A stretch of 34,165 bases of DNA from Thermodesulfovibrionales bacterium (GCA_044450345.1 JBIOIY010000035.1:1-34165); one strand, 5' to 3'. Numbered from the stretch's first letter, positions 8,946 through 18,304 are shown. Translations and numbers: made by a program. The notes: generated by a model from the sequence alone, not told the origin.

Positions 8946-9532
8946 AATCTGAGCGCCTTCTCGTATTCGGCCATCAGATCGGAAGTCCCGATGAGACCAT
9001 AGATTCTGACCCACCGGTTGTTCGTCGACGCATAAAGTAATGCTAACGGTAAATGGGACATTTTAGACGGAGTATATGCGTCTAAGGCCTTTACCACCTT
9101 TTCTATATCAGTTTTAGAGCCGGTCAGGAAGTCCCATCCCGGCTTTGCATCGTATCGTTTCAGGTATTCCCTCATTCTTTTCGGGGTGTCATTTTCAGGA
9201 TCTATCGAGATCGAAACAAGATGCACGTCCTTGGAGCCCGGCCCGATCCTCCTCTGGAAATTCGCAAAGCTGGCTGAAAGCACAGGACAGATTGTGGTGC
9301 ATGTCGTAAAGATAAAATCCACCATCACCACCTTTTTTGAATTCAAAAGCTTGCTGAACTTCACTTTCACACCATCTTGATTCACCAGCATTACTTCAGG
9401 AGGCACATAGTTTACAATCGTCCTTGTGTACTTTTCCTTTGTCTCAGCACAAACATCTTTCCCAGTAAAGGCAAGTGACAGTGCAATCAGTAAGATAAGT
9501 AAGATAATAGTGAATATCCTGCGTGTTTGCAT
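8942..9532 (-). CDS. SCO1/SenC family copper chaperone
   Basis: N-terminal anchor, DFIFTTCTTICP (CxxxC), SISIDPENDTP, WDFLTG and a conserved His (SHL). Confidence 0.92.
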   Translation of the reverse strand: MQTRRIFTIILLILLIALSLAFTGKDVCAETKEKYTRTIVNYVPPEVMLVNQDGVKVKFSKLLNSKKVVMVDFIFTTCTTICPVLSASFANFQRRIGPGSKDVHLVSISIDPENDTPKRMREYLKRYDAKPGWDFLTGSKTDIEKVVKALDAYTPSKMSHLPLALLYASTNNRWVRIYGLIGTSDLMAEYEKALRL

Positions 9533-9591
9533 TGAGAAACCTCCATGTATCTGAAAGTAATCATTTTGAGGGACAATTTCTACTTAGACAA

Positions 9592-9619
9592 ATTGTATCA
9601 GTCTCAGTACAAATGTCAA
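9592..9619 (-). promoter_or_regulatory. Sigma70-type promoter of the SCO operon, with a cop-box-like dyad over the -35
   Basis: Minus strand TTGACA-16 nt-TACAAT with an extended -10 TG. GACATTTGTA fits KACAnnTGTA. Confidence 0.55.
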
Positions 9620-9634
9620 TCGCACTCCCGCTTG

Positions 9635-11052
9635 TGTCAAGGCAAAATGAAAATGTCCGGTTTTCGGCAAAGTAATAATGTCCGGTTCATGCCACCGCTG
9701 CCTGCGGGGGTTTTCGTTTTAATGGATTGATGTTGAACTTCCTCCACGGATGATCGGGAGGAAGAACGTAATGAGTCTTTTTTTTCCTGATCACCGGCTG
9801 TTTTGTTATCTCGGGTCGCTTGGTGATCTGCCGATACCTAAGGGCCTTCCCCTGACACACTATCAGCAGCTTACCGTCGGTTCTTTCTTCTACCATAACC
9901 TTCTTGCTTAAGGACGATTCTTCGATCTGATAGAGCTTTCGGTCATGAGCAATCGTATGGTCGTTCCTTACCGTTCGCTCAGTCCTGATGCACAGGATCT
10001 TGTCCAGGTCGATTTCTTTAGGAACAGGCCGATGCAGGTCCTCCTTGCTCACTGGCTTGACCATGAACTTTTTATTGTAAACAGGCAGATACTCTTGTAA
10101 AAACCGATTCGCCTCCTCGATTGTGCTAATGCCACGTAACCTCATCTCCTTGACCAGCCGGTCCTGAAGGGTTGCAAATAGTCGCTCAATCCGGCCCTTT
10201 GCCTGAGGACTATGTGCATGGATCACCTCAACTCCCAACTCCTTCATGGCACGCTCAAACTGACTCATCGGCACGATCCCATAGAATTCCTCTTCGATTG
10301 TCGGTTTCGCTGTGGATTTGTACGTTGTATGCTTGTCCAGATAGATACTCAGTGGTATCCCATGCTTACGAATATACCTCCTGAAGCTGTCCATGGCAGG
10401 TATGGTTCCCTCATACCCGTAAAACTTTCCATGGATACGGCCCGTCGCATCGTCGATATAGCCCATTAAGACACTCCAGGGACCACGCCCTTCAAACCAC
10501 TCATGATGAGAGCCGTCCATCTGTAGCATCTCTCCTCGATGCTCTTTCCTCTGCCGCCACTGCCGTTGCTTCCGGTGCTTACGGCTCCGCTGCCAGTCTC
10601 CAGATTCTATAAGCAGGGTGCGCACTGTCTCCTTGCTCACCTCTATGCCCTCTATCTCAAGCAGCTTCTCGGATGTAAGGGTCGGCCCAAATCCCTGGTA
10701 CTTCTGTCTATACAGCCCTATGACTCTTTCTCTGAGCTGCTTGGATGTTTTCTTGCTGGATTGCCGACCTCGACTCTTATGCCGTATCCCCTCGTCCCCT
10801 TCCCGCTGTATTCGCCTCACTATCCTCCGTATCTGTCGCTCGCTCAAGGAAATAAGCTCTGTCGCTTCTACCTGCGTAAGATCCCCTTGAATCACCTTGT
10901 GAATCACATGCAACCGCTTCAGTTCCTTCTGCCTCAGCATGATAATGTCCTCTCCTGCCATCCTGTCCCCTTTCAAAAAGAAACAGTCTAGCACCTTTCA
11001 AACCGGACATTTTCACTTTGCTCTAATAGGACATTATCACTTTGCTGTTACA
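9635..11052 (-). mobile_element. Complete IS1202-family (former ISNCY) insertion sequence, 1418 bp
   Basis: TGT...ACA ends; 24-bp terminal IRs identical at 19 of 24 positions; a second GCAAAgTgAwAATGTCC-type subrepeat inside each end (9667-9683, 11005-11021); 15-bp direct repeat TCGCACTCCCGCTTG at 9620-9634 and 11053-11067. Confidence 0.88.
9687..10961 (-). CDS. DDE transposase (HTH plus rve integrase core), IS1202/ISNCY type
   Basis: Likely start MAGEDII after AAAGGGG. HTH (LSERQIRRI), LQMDGSHHEWF, IDDATG, YLDKH, SPQAKGRIERLF..LQDRL, C-terminal PDHPW. Frame intact. Confidence 0.92.
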   Translation of the reverse strand: MAGEDIIMLRQKELKRLHVIHKVIQGDLTQVEATELISLSERQIRRIVRRIQREGDEGIRHKSRGRQSSKKTSKQLRERVIGLYRQKYQGFGPTLTSEKLLEIEGIEVSKETVRTLLIESGDWQRSRKHRKQRQWRQRKEHRGEMLQMDGSHHEWFEGRGPWSVLMGYIDDATGRIHGKFYGYEGTIPAMDSFRRYIRKHGIPLSIYLDKHTTYKSTAKPTIEEEFYGIVPMSQFERAMKELGVEVIHAHSPQAKGRIERLFATLQDRLVKEMRLRGISTIEEANRFLQEYLPVYNKKFMVKPVSKEDLHRPVPKEIDLDKILCIRTERTVRNDHTIAHDRKLYQIEESSLSKKVMVEERTDGKLLIVCQGKALRYRQITKRPEITKQPVIRKKKTHYVLPPDHPWRKFNINPLKRKPPQAAVA

Positions 11053-11058
11053 TCGCAC

Positions 11059-11089
11059 TCCCGCTTGTCTCCCGCTTGTTTCCCGCTTG
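11059..11089 (+). repeat. Three tandem copies of TCCCGCTTG with an 11-bp period
   Basis: Copies at 11059-11067, 11070-11078 and 11081-11089; the first lies inside the IS target duplication. Confidence 0.9.
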
Positions 11090-11182
11090 ATCACGTGCGG
11101 CAACCGTGCAGTGGACGGCTTCCGTGCCATTCTGAAAAACGATCCTTGATTTTCATCCGGATTACCCATAAAATTAAACGCC

Positions 11183-13051
11183 ATGGAAATCAAGATACTA
11201 AACGGCAAAACAATACCGACTAGCCCCGGCGAAAGTATCTATAAAACCTTGAAGGACAACGGTGTCTATCTCGTTGCCTCATGCGGAGGCAAGGGCGTCT
11301 GCGGGAAGTGCCGCGTGAAGGTCCTCGAAGGCGGCACGAGGGTCGAGTCCACGGGCAAACTCCTGAAAAAGGATATTGAGGAGAATATTGTCCTTGCATG
11401 CCAGACCTTTCCCAAGAGTGATCTCCTCATTGACATACCGGAGGACTCGAAGCTCATCATCGGGGATAAAATCGCCGTATCGAAGACGAAGCATTTGCTG
11501 CAATATCTTCGCACCCTCGATCAAGTGCTCACTCCTGCAATACGGAGGGTTACCCTCAACCTGGCCCCCCCGACGATCCAGGACAATACGGGTGATCTCG
11601 AAAGGCTCAAGAGGGCGCTCCACGAAAAAGGCATCCATGACATGGAATTTTCCCACAGCTTTGTCCTCTCCATGTCGAATATACTCAGGGATGCTGAATG
11701 GGATGTCTGTCTTTCCTACACGGAAAGACACGAGGCGATAGGCCTGTCGGCGGTATGCAAAACAAAGCACTACGGGATTGCCGTTGATATAGGGACGACG
11801 ACAGTCGTGCTGTATCTGGTGAATTGCTCGGACGGCACGCTGGTCGATGCGGGCATGACCTTTAATTCACAGATGCGCCACGGCGATGACGTGATAACGA
11901 GGATTGTATATGCGACTGAGGGAGGTGGTCTGCAGGAATTGAGAGATGCCATTGTGAATGATGTGAACGACCTGCTGGCCCCGATAATAGAAAAAAATAA
12001 AATCGCTGTTGAAGATATCGACTCCGCCGTCATTTCCGGGAATACGACGATGACACAGCTCTTCTGGGGGCTTGACCCGTCTTCGATCAGGGAAGAGCCC
12101 TACATCCCTACGGTCAATATCTATCCGGTGTGGAGAGCTGGGACGGCACGCCTTGACATAAACCCCCAGGGGCCGGTCTATACCATGTCAAACGTCGGGA
12201 GTTATGTGGGGGGGGACATTGTGGCAGGGGTACTGGCCTCTAAAATGCACAAGAATCCTGAAATTGCCTTGTTTATGGATATAGGAACGAACGGTGAGAT
12301 CGCTGTAGGCAACAATGAGTGGATGATCACGGCGGCATGTTCTATGGGACCCTGCTTCGAAGGCAGCGGAATACGGCACGGCATGAGGGCGACAGAGGGC
12401 GCGATCGAGTCTGTGAAGATAGACCCTTCGGGTTTCGAGCCCGTCCTGGGCGTTATCGGAGGCACCCAGCCTTCGGGCATCTGCGGTTCCGGCATGATAG
12501 ACGCTATCTCCGAGCTTTTTTTCACCGGGGTGATTGACCAGAAGGGTAAACTTGTAAAAGACCTTGACACAGACAGAATCAGGACCGGCGATGAAGGTCC
12601 GGAATTTGTCCTCTACCGGGGCGACCGCAAGGATATCGTCCTTACCGAGGTCGATATAGAAAACGTTGTGCGCGCAAAAGCGGCACTTTACGCGGGTGTG
12701 TCTGTGCTCCTGAAGGAGGTTGGGCTCTCGCTTGACATCGTGGAGAGGATATATATCGCCGGGGGTTTCGGCAATTATCTTGACGTGGACAAGGCGATCA
12801 TGATTGGGATGCTGCCGGACCTTCCGCTTGAGAAGTTTTCATTCATAGGGAACACCTCGATCGCCGGGGCATATCTCTGTCTGCTGTCCGAAAAGATGCG
12901 GAACGAGGCTGAAGAGACCGCGAAAAAGATGACGTACGTGGAGCTCTCTGCCTCGAGGGGGTTCATGGACGAATACATGTCCGCCCTTTTCCTCCCCCAT
13001 ACGAATATCGACCTTTTTCCTACGGTCAGGGACCTGTATAAGAAGAAATAA
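11183..13051 (+). CDS. RACo/ASKHA-type ATP-dependent reductive activator of corrinoid proteins (N-terminal [2Fe-2S], DUF4445)
   Basis: CGGKGVCGKC...LAC, AVDIGTTT, HGDDVITRI, YVGGDI, MDIGTNGE, GICGSG, IAGGFG, ALFLPHT. Candidate promoter TTGATT-17-TAAAAT at 11146-11174. Confidence 0.9.
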   Translation: MEIKILNGKTIPTSPGESIYKTLKDNGVYLVASCGGKGVCGKCRVKVLEGGTRVESTGKLLKKDIEENIVLACQTFPKSDLLIDIPEDSKLIIGDKIAVSKTKHLLQYLRTLDQVLTPAIRRVTLNLAPPTIQDNTGDLERLKRALHEKGIHDMEFSHSFVLSMSNILRDAEWDVCLSYTERHEAIGLSAVCKTKHYGIAVDIGTTTVVLYLVNCSDGTLVDAGMTFNSQMRHGDDVITRIVYATEGGGLQELRDAIVNDVNDLLAPIIEKNKIAVEDIDSAVISGNTTMTQLFWGLDPSSIREEPYIPTVNIYPVWRAGTARLDINPQGPVYTMSNVGSYVGGDIVAGVLASKMHKNPEIALFMDIGTNGEIAVGNNEWMITAACSMGPCFEGSGIRHGMRATEGAIESVKIDPSGFEPVLGVIGGTQPSGICGSGMIDAISELFFTGVIDQKGKLVKDLDTDRIRTGDEGPEFVLYRGDRKDIVLTEVDIENVVRAKAALYAGVSVLLKEVGLSLDIVERIYIAGGFGNYLDVDKAIMIGMLPDLPLEKFSFIGNTSIAGAYLCLLSEKMRNEAEETAKKMTYVELSASRGFMDEYMSALFLPHTNIDLFPTVRDLYKKK

Positions 13052-13900
13052 TCACAGATTGACCAGCACGTTGTCTATCAGTCGGACATCCCCCATCCTC
13101 ACGGCGACTGCAAGAAGGACCTCGCCCCTGACCTCATCGGTTTCATCCAGCGTCCCGGTGTCGTAAACAGATGCATATTCAATTTTTGTGATGAACGGCT
13201 CCCCCGCCAGTATTTCCCTCATTAGTTCTCTTGCTTGTGCCGTCGAATAAGATCCCGCCAGTAGGGCTTCCGACGCACTGCTGAGGCACCGGTATAATAT
13301 GGCAGCAGCCTTTCTCTGTTCACTGTCGAGGTAAAGGTTCCTCGAACTCATCGCGAGTCCGTCCTGTTCCCTTATGGTCGGGCAGACGACTATCTCAACG
13401 TCGAGGTCCAGGTCTTTTGCCATTCTACTTATTATTACTGTCTGCTGGAAGTCCTTCTGGCCGAAATATGCCCTTGCGGGATCTGTAATATTGAGAAATT
13501 TTGCAACGACCGTCGCGACTCCACTGAAATGTCCGGGCCTGAAGCTCCCGCAAAGTTTTGCAGATATCCGGTCGACGTGGATATGCGTTGCGAAACCGTT
13601 AGGGTACATGAGGGCGTTATCAGGCAGAAAAAGAATGTCAACTTCCTGCTCGCGGAGCTTCTTGATGTCGTTTTCGATGTCTCTCGGATATCTCTCAAGG
13701 TCTTCGGAAGGGCCGAACTGTGTCGGGTTCACAAAAATGCTTACCACCGAGATGTCATTTTCCATCCGGGCCCTTTTTACGAGGCTCATGTGGCCTCGAT
13801 GCAGGGCGCCCATCGTCGGCACCAGGCCGATCGATCTCCCTTTCAATAAGTATTTTTTGCATGTGTCCTGCATGATACGCGGTATCCTAATGATCTCCAT
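13052..13900 (-). CDS. panC: Pantoate--beta-alanine ligase
   Basis: VPTMGALHRGH, SIFVNPTQF, RPGHF.GV, FGQKDFQQ, GLAMSSRN, RLIDN. Confidence 0.97.
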   Translation of the reverse strand: MEIIRIPRIMQDTCKKYLLKGRSIGLVPTMGALHRGHMSLVKRARMENDISVVSIFVNPTQFGPSEDLERYPRDIENDIKKLREQEVDILFLPDNALMYPNGFATHIHVDRISAKLCGSFRPGHFSGVATVVAKFLNITDPARAYFGQKDFQQTVIISRMAKDLDLDVEIVVCPTIREQDGLAMSSRNLYLDSEQRKAAAILYRCLSSASEALLAGSYSTAQARELMREILAGEPFITKIEYASVYDTGTLDETDEVRGEVLLAVAVRMGDVRLIDNVLVNL

Positions 13901-14051
13901 ATCTCATCCTTTCGCCAGTTATTTTATCACAACGAAAAGTTGACCTGATAAATTAATTCTCGGCTTCGGTTGACGACCGCACGAATCCGTGATAAAAAGG
14001 GGTGAGATATCGCAGAAGAAACATGTACAGCGGATAAACAGGAGGTGTATG

Positions 14052-14480
14052 ATGCCGGTACGTGAAGCAGAAGCTGTGTGGGAAGGCAATTTACTCAAGG
14101 GCAAAGGAAAGATGAAGCTTGGGAGTGGGGCCTTTGAAGGGGCCTATTCTTTTTCATCCCGGTTCGAGTCAGGGACGGGCACGAACCCGGAGGAACTCAT
14201 AGGTGCGGCCCACGCCGGATGTTTTTCGATGGCCCTCTCGCTTTTCCTCGAAAAAGCGGGTTTTATTCCGGAGCATATACACACGAAGGCAAAGGTGCAT
14301 ATAGACAAGGTCGGGGATGGATTTAAGATAACAGCCATCGAACTGGATACGGAGGCAAAAGTCCCCGGCGCGGATGAAAAGAAATTCCTTGAATTGGCCG
14401 AGGCGACCAAGAAGGGCTGTCCCGTCTCGGTAGCGCTGAGCGGAACTGAAATAAGGTTGAAGGCGAAACTGATACGTTAA
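14052..14480 (+). CDS. osmC: OsmC family peroxiredoxin
   Basis: Start moved to the ATG after AGGAGG. YSFSSRFE, GTNPEELIGAAHAGCFSMAL, CPVS. Confidence 0.93.
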   Translation: MPVREAEAVWEGNLLKGKGKMKLGSGAFEGAYSFSSRFESGTGTNPEELIGAAHAGCFSMALSLFLEKAGFIPEHIHTKAKVHIDKVGDGFKITAIELDTEAKVPGADEKKFLELAEATKKGCPVSVALSGTEIRLKAKLIR

Positions 14481-14508
14481 TAGGGAGTGCATAGCAGAAG
14501 GACATCGA

Positions 14509-15411
14509 TCAAGAGGTGCCGGGCTCGGTTGGCTGCACGCTTTTGGCGCAGGGTTTCCCTATCAGAACGGAAGATTCCGAATGGCCCAGTAACCTTCTCG
14601 ACACGCTACCCATCATCCCCTTGATGCCCCTCAACCCCCTGCAGCCCACGACGATTATGTCAGGCTCAAGGGCCTTTTCCATCGCAAGTATTTCTCTCGC
14701 TGGGTCTCCGATTCTCAGCAGGTAGTCGATTTTCTTGAACCTGCCGCCCAGACACGTCCTTGCCTGCTCGAATATTCTTTCCGATTCATTGTAAGTGGAA
14801 GGCCTTCCCGTGAGCTGTTCCCCAGTCTCCTTCAAGTACTTTTCCGGTATATCGGAGATGAAAGTAGAAGCGGTGTGCATGACAGTAATCTCTGTTTCGG
14901 CCGGCAACGGCAGTATCGCCATAAATTTTCCTGCTTCGTCTGCGATTACCGAGCCGTCTGTCGCGAAAAGGACTTTCATTGTCCCCGATGCCCTCCAGGA
15001 AGGCCGCTTGAAGACAAGCACCGGTCTGGATGAATTAATAGTTACCGCCCTTGTTGCGCTCCCCAGAAAAAGCAATTCGACCCCTTTCACCCCTCTTGCG
15101 CCCATGACGATGAGGTCGCTTCCGTAAGCGATAGCCTTTTCTATGATTGTGGTATCGGGATAACCGTCTTCCTCAACCGTCGTTATCTCCGCACCGACGG
15201 TTTTTAAGATATCAGTCGATGCCTTCAGTATCTTTGGCGCCACCCTCTTGATCACCCGCTTGATCTGCGCGTGGTAGTCGTCGTCGTACGGGATCTCGCT
15301 GATTACGTGAAGGACAACGATCTCGTCCGTCTTCGAAAAATTGAAGCGCGTCAAAAATCTCGCCGCTCCTTCCGAATGATCAGATCCGTCGGTAGCAAGT
15401 AATACTCTCAT
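14509..15411 (-). CDS. Tandem-domain universal stress protein
   Basis: Two repeats of xLxATDGS...DxIVxGxRG...GS...VL; likely start MRVLL. Confidence 0.9.
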   Translation of the reverse strand: MRVLLATDGSDHSEGAARFLTRFNFSKTDEIVVLHVISEIPYDDDYHAQIKRVIKRVAPKILKASTDILKTVGAEITTVEEDGYPDTTIIEKAIAYGSDLIVMGARGVKGVELLFLGSATRAVTINSSRPVLVFKRPSWRASGTMKVLFATDGSVIADEAGKFMAILPLPAETEITVMHTASTFISDIPEKYLKETGEQLTGRPSTYNESERIFEQARTCLGGRFKKIDYLLRIGDPAREILAMEKALEPDIIVVGCRGLRGIKGMMGSVSRRLLGHSESSVLIGKPCAKSVQPTEPGTS

Positions 15412-15669
15412 GGCGTCACCCCCTAACCCCATCTTATCACAGAACCTGCAAGAGGCAAATGAGTATGCGGGTGAGGATGTCAGTTTCGAAAAAAAATCGA
15501 CGCAGCGCTTAGAATCATCCCGTTAGGGCATTCAGGCAGTCCATTTGCGAAAAACCCGGGCCTGATCATCGGAATACCCTACTTAGGTAGGATTGTTTTA
15601 TTGAAACCAGGTGACTAGACTGTAATACGACAAGGGAAATTATGGAATCATTCTGGGAGAAAATGCGAT

Positions 15670-16017
15670 ATGGATAACAATTTGGGCGGAGATTTATTAG
15701 TCGCAGAAAAGCGCAGACATGCTCGTTATTTCTTGTTTTCCCCAATTCAATATGGGTTAATTTCAGGCTATGAAAGTACGCTTTTCTGCGGGCATACGTT
15801 GAATCTGAGCCGCTCGGGACTATGCATTCTCACAAATTATCCCCTAAGTACGGGACAAGAAATAACGATTAAAGAAAATATTCTGCACCTTGCTGCCAGT
15901 AAAGCTACTGTGCGGTGGGTAACGGCAATTGATGACGAAAATCCTTTCGGCTATACGTATGTTGCCGGACTCGAGTTATCAGAGTATATATCGAATATCA
16001 TCACGTTACATGAGTGA
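15670..16017 (+). CDS. Single-domain PilZ protein
   Basis: EKRRHAR (RxxxR), NLSRSGL (N/DxSxxG), ATVRW, AGLE. More AT-rich than its neighbours. Confidence 0.85.
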   Translation: MDNNLGGDLLVAEKRRHARYFLFSPIQYGLISGYESTLFCGHTLNLSRSGLCILTNYPLSTGQEITIKENILHLAASKATVRWVTAIDDENPFGYTYVAGLELSEYISNIITLHE

Positions 16018-16097
16018 TGAGTGCCGTGAAGGACCATTGGGAAAGACGTAACTATTCCGTCCTGCAATATGAACATTCGACGTTTGATCCATTTGTG

Positions 16098-17162
16098 TCA
16101 AGTTCTGTCTTGTTCCCCTATTTCTTCCATCAGCGCCTTGAGCAGTTCCTTCTCCTTGAGCCTTCTGACGATCTTCCCTTTTTTGAAGAGCAGCCCTGTT
16201 CCTTTACCGCCTGCGACTCCGACATCCGCCTCTCTCGCCTCACCGGGGCCGTTCACTATGCAGCCCATTACCGCCACGGTGATCGGCTTCTTAATATCCT
16301 TCAGCAGGGTTTCGACCTCCGCCGCGAGCCCACGGATGTCGATTTCGCACCTGCCGCAGGTGGGGCAGGAGACGATATTCGCACCCCTTTCCCTGAGCCC
16401 GAGCGATTTAAGGATCTCATAGGCGACCCTTACCTCCTCGGCGGGATCTGACGAAAGTGAGACCCGAACAGTATCGCCGATGCCCTCAGAAAGGAGTATG
16501 CCGAGGCCGACCGAACTCTTGATAATGCCGGTGAACGAAGGGCCTGCCTCAGATATCCCTATGTGAAGGGGATATCTGAAATTTCTCGAAAACAACCGGT
16601 ATGCAGCCACGGTGGTCGGAACGTTGGACGCCTTAAGCGAAACCTTTATATCTCTGAAGTTCAACGATTCGAGTATCTCTATATGCTCCGCTGCACTCTC
16701 GACGAGCGCTTCAGGGGATGGATGGCCGTATTTCGCCAGGAGTTTATTTGAGAGGGAGCCCGCATTGACTCCGATCCTGATGGGGATACCCCTGTCGCCG
16801 GCTGCTGAAACGACTTCTTCAATTTTCCATTTCGCCCCGATGTTCCCCGGGTTTATCCGGAGGCCGTCAACCCCCTGACGAACGGCTTCCAGCGCCAGTT
16901 TCCAGTCAAAATGGATATCGGCAATGATCGGGATGGTTACGCAGGCCTTTATCTTTCCCAGTGCCTTTGCAGCATCGATATCGGGCACCGCGATCCTTAT
17001 GATCTCGCATCCCGCTTTTTCCAGCGTGCAGATCTGGCTGACCGTTGACTTTACATTCCGGGTTTTTGTCTTTGTCATCGATTGGACCGAGATCGGGCTG
17101 GCGCCTCCGACCGCCACGCCGCCGACATGAATGGTCTTTGTTTTTTTTCTTTTTTTTAGCAT
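16098..17162 (-). CDS. ispG: 4-hydroxy-3-methylbut-2-en-1-yl diphosphate synthase
   Basis: VQSMT, ADIHF, RINPGN, RIGVNAGSL, GIGDTVRVSL, SCPTCGR, MGCIVNGPGE. Start placed at MLKKR. Confidence 0.97.
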   Translation of the reverse strand: MLKKRKKTKTIHVGGVAVGGASPISVQSMTKTKTRNVKSTVSQICTLEKAGCEIIRIAVPDIDAAKALGKIKACVTIPIIADIHFDWKLALEAVRQGVDGLRINPGNIGAKWKIEEVVSAAGDRGIPIRIGVNAGSLSNKLLAKYGHPSPEALVESAAEHIEILESLNFRDIKVSLKASNVPTTVAAYRLFSRNFRYPLHIGISEAGPSFTGIIKSSVGLGILLSEGIGDTVRVSLSSDPAEEVRVAYEILKSLGLRERGANIVSCPTCGRCEIDIRGLAAEVETLLKDIKKPITVAVMGCIVNGPGEAREADVGVAGGKGTGLLFKKGKIVRRLKEKELLKALMEEIGEQDRT

Positions 17163-17218
17163 CGTTGTCCTCACCTTATTATTTCTCAATACCCCTCAAG
17201 GTTTCAACGGATTGACCG

Positions 17219-18223
17219 TTAGCCTTCGGTCTTCATTTTCTTTTTGTCCCTGTAAGCCCTTACCGCCTCCGCGTGCTGGCCGAGCGTCACTGAAAAGATA
17301 TGGGTCCCGTCATTGTTTGATACAAAATATACGTACGGAACATTTGCCGGATTCAGGGCGGCGATAATCGATTTCAATCCGGGAGACGCTATAGGCCCCG
17401 GAGGCAATCCATTTATGACGTATGTATTGTAGGGAGTTTTTCTCTGGATGTCGGCCTTCGTTATCTTCTCTTTCGAGCGCTTAATCCCATAGATGCATGT
17501 CGGGTCCGCCTGAAGCGGCATATGCTTCTTAAGCCTGTTGTGATAGACGGCCGAGATCAAGGGCCTTTCACTGTCCACAACCGCCTCTTTTTCGATGATC
17601 GATGCAAGGGTCAATACCTCTGTCTCGGTCATCCCTGTCTTCTCAGTCTTTTCCAGGAGTTCTCCGGAATATTTTTCCCGCATCCTGTCTATCATGCTCC
17701 CGAGGGCGTTTTCTGCCTTTACCCCTTTGGGGATCATGTAGGTATCGGGAAAGATATAACCCTCCACGCTCGGAGCCCCGATATCGTAAGACGACAGAAA
17801 CTCCGGGTTTTTCGATATCCTCATCACGTCATCGTAGTTTGCGATCCCTGCCTTTGAAAACGCGTCTGCGACCTCGAAGAGGGAGTCGCCTTCAAGGACC
17901 TTGACCTCATATTCGATTATCCGCCCCTTGCGGATGATCTTGAAGATGTCCCAGGGGCTCATGTTAGGCCATATCGAGTAAAACCCGGCCCGTATCTTTC
18001 TGTCGGCGCCTGTCAGCCTGCCGAGAAGGAGGAATATCTTTTTATCCCTGATGAGGTTTTCGCCGGCGAGTATATCTACGGCCTGCTTGAATGTTGCCCC
18101 CCTCGGTATCTCGATTTCGGTATTCCCGGCAACAGTGTGTGCGGGGACTAGTATCTCGAAGGCGGCATAAAGCAAGGCCATAATCAGGAAGCTCGCGATT
18201 ATGACTAAGAAGTTATTCTTCAT
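17219..18223 (-). CDS. mltG: Endolytic transglycosylase MltG (YceG)
   Basis: N-terminal TM, EGYIFPDTY, LASIIEKE, LQADPT, PYNTY...GLPPGPIASPG. Confidence 0.95.
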   Translation of the reverse strand: MKNNFLVIIASFLIMALLYAAFEILVPAHTVAGNTEIEIPRGATFKQAVDILAGENLIRDKKIFLLLGRLTGADRKIRAGFYSIWPNMSPWDIFKIIRKGRIIEYEVKVLEGDSLFEVADAFSKAGIANYDDVMRISKNPEFLSSYDIGAPSVEGYIFPDTYMIPKGVKAENALGSMIDRMREKYSGELLEKTEKTGMTETEVLTLASIIEKEAVVDSERPLISAVYHNRLKKHMPLQADPTCIYGIKRSKEKITKADIQRKTPYNTYVINGLPPGPIASPGLKSIIAALNPANVPYVYFVSNNDGTHIFSVTLGQHAEAVRAYRDKKKMKTEG

Positions 18224-18304
18224 GCAGGTAGCATGACAAAAGAGGTTGAATAATGTAAAGAAAGCCTGTGTATCAACGACCTCTTATTCCGGCGGCGTAT
18301 GGGC

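Noticed and set aside
11053..11089. CRISPR-like array
   Set aside because: Units are 9 bp with 2-bp spacers and there are no cas genes; this is a short tandem repeat.
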